A DNA stretch of 64,000 bases, from NCBI GenBank assembly GCA_012295275.1, contig CM022665.1, forward strand, positions 36,332,001 through 36,396,000, written 5' to 3'. This DNA is from Chrysomallon squamiferum. Its lineage: Eukaryota; Animalia; Mollusca. The notes below the pieces were generated by a model that searched no databases, was not told where the DNA came from, and saw nothing but the letters and a program-made list of their open reading frames with translations. Shown in pieces: positions 55,096 through 64,000 of the stretch. Position 1 is the stretch's first letter; each line of letters starts with the position of its first letter. The position numbers and the translations under genes were made by a program.

Positions 55096-55355
55096 TAAAG
55101 TGTGCACACGTTAATGTGTTGTGTGCATAATCACATCACTTTTTAAGCATTTTTAGAATTAATAAAAGAATAAAAAGGCAATGAACTGATAAGCAAGGAC
55201 AAAGTATTATAAAACCTTTTTAATATGCAGTATATACTGTGTTGTATATTCAGAAGAAAAGATCATAATTATGTCTTCTTATGTTGTGTGGTGGGTACAT
55301 ATATTCAGGAGAAAAATATTGTCTGTTCTAAGATAAAATTATAATGTAAAAATAA

Positions 55356-55356
<1 letters not shown>
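55094..55356 (+). promoter_or_regulatory. Candidate polyadenylation signals of canonical gephyrin
   Basis: AATAAA overlapping the stop (55094-55099), at 55161 and at 55351; the last is followed by a (TG)n tract. Confidence 0.4.
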
Positions 55357-55397
<41 letters not shown>

Positions 55398-56769
55398 TGT
55401 AAAGTAGAACATTCCAGAACTCTACATGCAAGGATATTTTAAGGATATTTTCACAGTAGAATCTTAATTTTTCAAACAAGAACCTTTTTGTGGTTGCTGA
55501 TATTGTAAAATGTGGTTACTGAATCTTCATTCAAAAAGTGAATGCAGTGAGTCAGTACATTTTCTCAAAATCCTTAGCCGCTGTGTAATCCTACTATTGT
55601 GCCTGTTTTCATATACATTTATTATGTTACATGTATATTATATATACCAAGTTTTTACTTTTTAATAATACATTTTATATACTTTACATTTTAACATTTA
55701 CAGATGTATGTAACTTAAAGATAATAATTTGTACGTGATATTTTAATGTCACTAATGGTTGCAGAGTGAGTTTCTTTACTTCTGTTATTACATATGTTTT
55801 AAATTGTTGTATAAATATTTGACAATCATTTACATTCGAGGACCACTTATCTATCAAACTAGGGTAGTTTTGTAGTTTTTATAAACTTTTATAGATTTTT
55901 CGTCATTTAGTATTTCTTTAAGAAATAAATATATATGTGTGTGTATGGTTTTGTTGTGTTCTGTTTTGTTCTTTATTTATTTATCCATTTATTTATTTTA
56001 TTTATTCTTTCTTTCATTCATTCATTCATTTGGTTTATATATATAATTTCCACATAGACTAATTCTTTCATTTTATTCCCATTAAATTGTTATTTTGTAT
56101 TAGTCCTTTGAACAGTTAAAATACCTGTCAACGTTTCTTTTAAACCATTTAGGTACATGCTGGTGTAATTTAAAATTTAATCAACTATTTTTTTTTTTTT
56201 TTTAAATAATTTTTAAAAAGAAGGAACAATATCACATTTGATTAGATCTAAGCTTTTGATCATTAATTAATTATTCTATTAAACTTTGAACACTGTCACT
56301 TCAGAATGACACAATTTTAATGTTTCTAAGAAATGTACGAAACAGTAGCCTAGAAATCGCTTACATGTGCAGAAACATGTATATATATATATAAAACAAG
56401 GAATTATATAATTTTCTATATGATTATTAATTCTGTACTGATCCATTCAGTTTTAAAATGTCTTATTTATTAATGATTGAGGAAAAGACACCGACAGTTA
56501 ACATTTGCACAACTGGGAATATCGGTTTTCTTTCTAAATGTTTGTTGTTCCGAGTAGTTCACTGGAAATGAAATGGCTTTTGACGCAACTGGTTGCAAAA
56601 TCGGTTCTTCATTTGGGTTGTTTCTCGATCCAGCCATGACAAGTGCTTCACTGATCACGGGAAGGTTCGTATATGAGACCCCTTTCTGCTAATCAAAACC
56701 GAGCATCCTATCGGGTTGCGGCCATGCATTTTTCTACGTGGTCTTTAACCGCCCCAGTATGACAGACAA

Positions 56770-57210
56770 CGTTTTTAATGGTGTTTGATTCATTAAATTT
56801 ATTACTCGTTTTTAATGTTATTTCAGATGATTTTTTAATGGATTTTTGTTTTTTTGTTTTTTTTTCCATGGCAAACTGTTATTGCTATTAATGTTATTTC
56901 AAAGATTTATAAATTGTTGCTTTTTAATGGTATTTTGGAGAGTTTGGATTATAAATCTATTATTGTTGTTTATAATGGCATTTCCGAGGATTTAATTTTT
57001 TTATTTATTACTCTTACTTTTATTGGTATTTCAAAGAGTTTGATTTTAAATTTATTATTATTGCCTTTAATGGTATTCCCGAGGGTTTGATTTTTACATT
57101 TATTACTCTGGATTTTAACTGGTATTTAAACATTTATTACTGCCGTTTTTAATGGTATTTCAGAGTGTTTGATTTTGAATTTTATTGTTGTTTTTAATCG
57201 TATTTCAGAA
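56770..57210. repeat. Degenerate ~45-50 bp tandem repeat (TTTTAATGGTATTTCAGAGTGTTTGATTTT...TTTATT)
   Basis: The ttttaatggtattt word recurs periodically. Confidence 0.7.
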
Positions 57211-59073
57211 TGTCTTGTAGCAACCTATAAACATCGGTGTCAGGAACTTTAAGGTCTGTTTAGTAACATAAGGACGTTCAGCTTTAGACCAGTACATCTG
57301 GCTTTTCACACAAACCATACGACCAAAATCTCTGGACCTCTTCCAGTAAGCACCGTCTTCCATTCATCTGTGTTTCCTGTCGATTTATATTTCCAGTGTT
57401 CTTAAAGCTTGTTTGGAAGGTTTCAGTTGAGTGGCAGTCCTCTTGAATAAAAAAGAAAGCAAAAAAGAAGAGAATATCCTCATCCATCAACGCGAATTCC
57501 AGTTTAGACATTTGCTTATTTTCCCTGCACCTATACACGTTACATCTGATTGGCATCCATTGCAAGCGATCGCTGAGCAAAACTCTAATTAGTTTTGAGT
57601 TTCAGGTTGCCACTTTCCAACATGGTTCATTCATAGTTTCATTCACAGATTTTTAGATACAGAACTCTTCAGGTGAAGTATGCTGGTCCAGGTCACCCTA
57701 AGTTATTTAATAATATAAATTAATTTTTATTAGATCCTTTGACAATATTACACAAGATTTTATTTTAATGCCGACATTTTGAAAGAACTGAACCTTGAAA
57801 TGGCAGAAAATTAATTCAATAACTGACGATTTTACTTCAGGAAATAACTAATCTAGCCATTAAACATTATATTACTAAAACATTTGCGGTGTTCAGAAGA
57901 TATATATATATTTTTTTTAAACTGATTACTTATTTACCTAGCTGGAAATTCGGAGATAAATCAGGCCTTTTCCCTATGTTATGCCAAGATTCAAAAAGCA
58001 TAACGTCACTAATAAAACTGAATTTAGATAACCAAATATGTCTTAAAATAGTCATTACTGGAAAACGATCTTGTTACATTTTCCTTTTTGTGTAATCCTT
58101 TATTGGCGATTTGGTTTATTCTCTTAAACTTTAAATCAGTGTAGATTTCAGTAAATGTTTCTGTTATGTAACAGTTTAGCTTTGTTTTAAAAAGGTACTT
58201 CCAAACTTTTTTTTTTTTTTATTATTTTTTTTTTTTTTTTTTTTTTTTATTTATTCAACGAGCCCAGTTCTGCCCAGAGAAAAGTCAACAACATCGCCAA
58301 GACGAAACGAGATTTTAGACTTTCATTCATTAATTTCATTCATCTTTAAGAAAGCAAAAGAAACACCTCAGTGTGTTAGTGCAGAGACGGGTCCAGTGTT
58401 TCAAAAAATGAAGGGGCATTATCGTGATGGATATTACTTTCAACATGAAATTAATTTCGTTATAGCGAAAAGCAAAAGAAATGAAAACTTCACGGAGAGG
58501 AAAACAAACCAATAAAAACAGCCAACAATAACAACAACAAAAACAACAACAGCAATAATAATGATAATAATAACAAACAGAGAGACTGCACTCCACCTAT
58601 ATCTAACTACGGCTGCAATATGCTAAAGTATCTCATTTGTCTTACCCATCAATCGTCATCTAGTCAAATTTCAATTACGTGCCAGCCACAAGTGTGTTGT
58701 TTAAATTCACAACACCCACACTATACGCAGAATAAACAGGAAACACAATGTTTTATCATCAGATTCTCTCTCTATTTTTAATATATGTGTATATACATGA
58801 AACGTAAGAAAGGTTTGTATTAATGTGTATTTCAGTTTGTAGATGTAACATGGACCATAATGTTATTCTGAAAACAACTCCGTTCTGTGAATGACGAATT
58901 TCAGACTGAAACGTAAACAAGAAACACGTAAGTGGAACATATCACTGCTCCGTGGCAACCTAGTAACAGTTTATTTTTCATTTTCTTGATAACCCGTTAT
59001 AGAGCTACATTATTAATAAATAAATATACACTGACGTTTTAGATGCATATATTTTTCGATACCTTAAACCATA

Positions 59074-59112
<39 letters not shown>

Positions 59113-59298
59113 ATATAATATAATATAATATAATAAAAATAAAATAAAATATAATATAATGAAATAAATTAAAATAAAATAAAATAAATAAAATGTACAA
59201 TAAAAATTTGTTGAGTAATGTATGTTTTGATTATGTGAACGACAAATACATCCTGTTTAACTGATACCGCAATATTTATTTAGTTATTTATATGTTTG

Positions 59299-59332
<34 letters not shown>

Positions 59333-59464
59333 TTTATCTACTTCACTTACTTACGTCTTCTTCCCACTCAGAAACCGTAAGTAAATGTTTTATCAAAAAG
59401 TCTAAAAACTCGAACAATTTTTAGCTAAACGATTTTCTTAAACCAAGTATTCATCATCTTTTAA

Positions 59465-59488
59465 TTTCTTCTTCTTCTTCTTCTTCTT

Positions 59489-59548
<60 letters not shown>

Positions 59549-59670
59549 GTTATTGTTATTATTAGTAGTAATAATAGTAGTAGCAGTAGCAGTGGTAGAC
59601 GTAACAGTAGTCGTAGTAGTACTGTTGTTGTTATTGGTGCTGCTGCTGCTGTTCTTCTTTTCTTCTTCAT
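59465..59670. repeat. Compound trinucleotide tract (CTT)n-(ATT)n-(AGT)n-(GCT)n
   Basis: Direct reading. Confidence 0.9.
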
Positions 59671-61388
59671 GTTATTGTTAATGTTGTCGCGGTTATTATT
59701 ATTATTACTGTATCTCTTTTTTCAACTTTTTTGCTGAACATCATTATCATCATCATCATCATCTCATCATTTCTCATTTTTAATGAACAATCTTTAATCT
59801 ACTTTGACGTTTATTTCAGCCATCTACAAACTGTTATCGTGAGACCGTCATCATTAACGCCAATCCAATTATCAGCAAACTTCTGGCAAATTTGCAAATT
59901 CGTCTACTCGACTGTTAAACAATACACTACCTGTTTCTCTGTTTTACAATGAATAAAAAAAATTAAATTAAAAAAACACATTTACACTCCAAAAAAACCA
60001 AAACCAAAAAAAATTAAAAATTAAAAAATAAAAAACACCGAAGAAGAAGAAAAAGAAAAGAAAAAAAAAATCCCAACAACCGAGCCGAGTAATTATCTGC
60101 AAGTTATTTGCCAAAAACATCTAAGACGAAGCAACTAAACAAATTACTGTCTTTATTGAGTTTTGATTGGGTGATCTACTAACGAAGCCATTGCCCCCGA
60201 GTTAAAGGTCTGTTTCGCAGACTAATGCTTCCCTTGTTCTCGTTTAGCGACTATTAAGAAATACCAAGCACTAGGCGAATCTATTACTGAAGTACATAGT
60301 TTGCGTCAGTGACAATCTCGCCTGTAGTTTGGGTCTTGATTTACTTGCACCTTTCAGGTTTTTTTGGTAGCGAAGACGGTCACACGCAGATGAAGGCGAA
60401 GGAGTTTTCTGTGGAGTTAATGTTTTCAGCACCTGGTACTGCTGTTTTGTATGTCTCCGTCGTATAACACTAATTACCGATTGAACAGAGTAAAACGCGT
60501 GTGGAAGATACATCGATATGCAGACGTTTTTGTTTACAAACATAAATTCGTACCTAGATATTCACATATATGGATACACCACACGTACACACACATACAT
60601 ATACATACACATGCAATAGCAAAATAAACACATAGCAAACATACACACATACATACATATTGATATATATGCAACCATATATACACACACTCGCATTTCC
60701 ATTATACACATGACGCTATGTACATGTATAATATATTTAGAATAATTATGAAATATCTAAATAAATTAATAAATAAAACGGTGTTTCTTTTTTCTTTTTT
60801 TTTTTTTTTTTTTGAAAATAAACGAAATAAAAAAAAGTGTTGCTCATTTTTATTAATTAAAAGAAAAAAGTAAAAACTAAACAGAAAAAAAAAAAAAAAA
60901 AAAAAACAACATGCACAAACAAAGAAAATAATAAAAGAAAATAAAAACGATTCAGAATAATTCAGTGTCAGATACAGACCCACATTTTAAAGTTCTCAGG
61001 ATATTAATATAATGTAATTAAACAGTGACCCATCAACACATACAAAACAACACGACCAAAAGAAAACTTCACAGTCAGCAACATCTATTTCATGCACTAA
61101 CAGTCTTTCTAATTTTACCTGTCAAAAGGCATTTATCCAACTGAAAATAATTTATGTAATAATATTAGTCAATACGGTTACTAAAAGCGATGGATGAAGA
61201 GAATGATTTTAACAAATATTAGAGAAGTTATCTTAGGTGGAGAAAATGTATTTGTTGAGCAATGCTGTTTATAAGTAAAACCATAAAACAGCGACATGCA
61301 AAGAACCAAAAACCAAAAACAAACAAAAACAAACAAAGAAACAAACAAAGACACATACAGACACGCACACACATATAAATACATATGG

Positions 61389-61419
<31 letters not shown>

Positions 61420-62380
61420 TGTGTTCACGAATACACATTTATTTTATTTTATAGTAAGTAGACGACTGCATTTCGGATAAGGTATTTTAAATCAGTTAAT
61501 TTTGTTTATTTATTTGTAATTCAGGATGTTCGAAACGTCAGAAATAGAGAGAAAATAATATATTTATGAAAAAAAAATAGTTTTCAGATTATATGGTCAA
61601 TACGATTCCTTTAAACCTTTAGTAACCTCTACAGAGTTTCCGTATCAGTTCTGACGTTTGAAAATCACCATTCTGACAGAAATTCACTCTTTCCCTTCGA
61701 TTTCGAACACCCTTAGTATGAAGAAGTCGTTTTGCGTGCTACAGTTTCAGAGTAGCTGTTAATTTATTATTTTCTTAAAGAAATACGAAGCCAATATTTA
61801 TAAGAAAAGTCAAATTTGTTTTAATATATTACTTTAGATAGGTGTCGAAATAATACCTAGAGCTAAACGGAACATTTATTGCTTTTTAATAAAGGTGTAA
61901 TTTAATTAGTTTCTTTCTGAAAGAAAAGGAGATGCTGCAAGGCTCAGTAACTGTCTTGGAAAAGTCATAATAATATCAAGTTTTCCCAAACGATCACGAG
62001 CGTACGAAAACAATGAGAAACAGCCGTGCGTGAACAACTCGAGTTCAGTGGACGCGTGCGCCGCGAAACCACGCTTCATGCTGAAAGCTGGCACTTTTCT
62101 CGCACAGTAAATATTTACAAATAGAACTGTAAAAACCATTCCTCGTCGTTGTTTCCCACTGAAAACACCGCTAAACAGAACGAGACGGGAGAAGAGCGGA
62201 TCAGCCGGCTGGCGAGCGACGGGTCCGATTTGGGCTGTTATCGTTAATGTCGTTAATGTTGTTACAGATGCGGTCGAGTCGTCTAAATCATTCCCATGAA
62301 AGTTTGATCTGTGAAGCGATTGCAGACACCTTGAGACAAATTATTTAATAACTCTAGTAAGGACATGATAGCTGAGCGAT

Positions 62381-62548
62381 TTTATATTGTACCAAGCTTG
62401 AATGTATAAAAATCTTATATCGTACCAGGAAAGACATGCTTGAATGTTTAAAAATCTTATATCGTACCACGAAAGACATGCTTGAATGTATAAAACTCTT
62501 ATATCGTACCACGAAAGACATGCTTGGAATTATAGCAATCTTAGATCA
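62381..62548. repeat. 42 bp tandem repeat, ~3.5 copies (ATGCTTGAATGTATAAAAATCTTATATCGTACCACGAAAGAC)
   Basis: The cttg word at 62397, 62439, 62481 and 62523 gives period 42. Confidence 0.92.
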
Positions 62549-64000
62549 TTGCTAAATGACATTTTTTCTGATTGAAATGATATTTTAATTTTGTAAATGT
62601 TCAGCAGTAAGAGATTTGTGCAACAATTTCAATCAGCAGTTTAATTTTACCTTCCCCGAGGACATTTAAGTTGTTATTGTAAATGAACTCACCTCATTTG
62701 AGCTTTCTGTCTCACTGCTCAGTTTATGATGACCTACCTCTTCAGTAAATAAATTCATTCTCCTTGTTTTTTCTTAATTATTGGATTTTTGTTTTTAATT
62801 CAATTTTTTTTTTATTCGTCAGAAATCATTTGCTAGCAAATTCTTTTTTGTTTGTTTCTTTTAGATTATTTCATTCTTTTCTTCGTCTTCTTCTTCTTCA
62901 TCTTCTGATTATTGTTGTTGTTGTTGTTGTTGTTATTATTATCATCATCATCATCATCATCATCAGTATTTTATTTTTTATTATTATTTTTTACTTTTAT
63001 TTATTTATTTATTTATTTATTGAATTTTTGCTATCAAATGGAATATAATCTGACCTTTTAAACGCTCGATGTATTTAAATGACATAAAAAATACTTATGA
63101 GATAACGGGAATCAAAGTTTTCTACCATAGCTGTAGCTCACATTTACTTATAAGGGAAATACATTAATAATTATAACAAAATTGCCGTGTTGGCATTAAA
63201 CTTTTCATTAAAATCTACACACAATATACGTATGATTTTAAAAAGCAAAGGTCAAGTAAAGATTTTTCATTTTTTTCAAAACAACAGATATAGAAACCGG
63301 TGTGACATATCATGTGTTTAATAAAAATTTAATACATCCAAAACAAATATTACTTTTAATGAATACTCATTCGTCGGAGATTTAGAAACACATACACACC
63401 TACACTGTAAGTAAACGAAACGCTAAGAAAACTGGCAATTCTTTTTAACTATAGGCGTTTCTCAATATTGATCTATCGGATTAACTCTTCGATTGCTTAT
63501 TACATCGCAGTGTGGGAGTAGCCGACAGCGTTTAATAATCACAAACACTAATCAGCTTTCAGCCTCACAGTTCTTGATTAATTATCTCAAATAAATGGCC
63601 CGCATCTCTTTTTACTTACGACGGAACAGAATATGAGGCACACGCCAGACGATAAATGTTTGAGCCTTTCTACAACGTTAGTCCAAGTTCTGGCCCAGAT
63701 ACTTGACCCTTTCAGAAAGAACCGGTTAGAGAACGACGTTACGATCGTCAAGGTTATGGGTTCCGTAACACAGACGAAGTTTCGACTAAGAAATGAAGTA
63801 ATTGGAAATGAAATGTAATGTACGGCTCCGTTCGATGATACGATCAGTTCACTTCGATGAACAGTGCTAGTGTATGGAACGTACTTGGTATTAAAGATTA
63901 CGCTATGAACGAGAATATAATTGCACGCCGATGAAGAGAGATATATATGGTACGCAGATAGAGAAAGATATGTATATAAAGACACACAGACGGACAGTGA

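Noticed and set aside
9666-63985. Numerous 60-176 aa ORFs rich in F/L/I, VC, ER, HT or SL repeats
   Set aside because: Translations of microsatellites and AT-rich intronic or intergenic sequence, with no domain similarity or splice support.
63587-63985. 132 aa (-) and 61 aa (+) ORFs at the right edge
   Set aside because: No recognisable motifs or clear splice boundaries; cannot be called from the sequence alone.

Overview
AT-rich, microsatellite-rich eukaryotic genomic DNA. It is probably an invertebrate, most likely a gastropod or other mollusc, inferred only from SINE relics, intron style and a gene-body CpG-depletion pattern. Nearly the whole window is one + strand gene, gephyrin (GPHN; MogA-like G domain plus MoeA-like E domain, molybdenum cofactor synthesis). 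I assembled it by hand from 18 GT-AG exons (ATG 115 to TAA 55095, 662 aa, all phases consistent). The main surprise lies in intron 7, just after the complete G domain: two further large coding exons (4084-5086 and 5639-6288) with compatible splice phases, their own stop codon and AATAAA signals. Splicing exons 1-7 to them gives a ~742 aa chimera in which the trimerising, MPT-binding G domain is joined to a non-gephyrin C-terminus. That C-terminus has a CTCF-like YDF motif, a 6-Cys/4-His WRKY/GCM-like (Mutator-transposase-type) zinc-binding region, a helical module and basic NLS-like stretches. The hypothesis is that an alternative last-exon switch turns a Moco enzyme into a nuclear DNA-binding protein. 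The rest of the window is introns with minisatellites, tRNA-derived SINE relics and enhancer-like islands, plus a CpG-retaining region downstream of about 55.8 kb with no recognisable gene.
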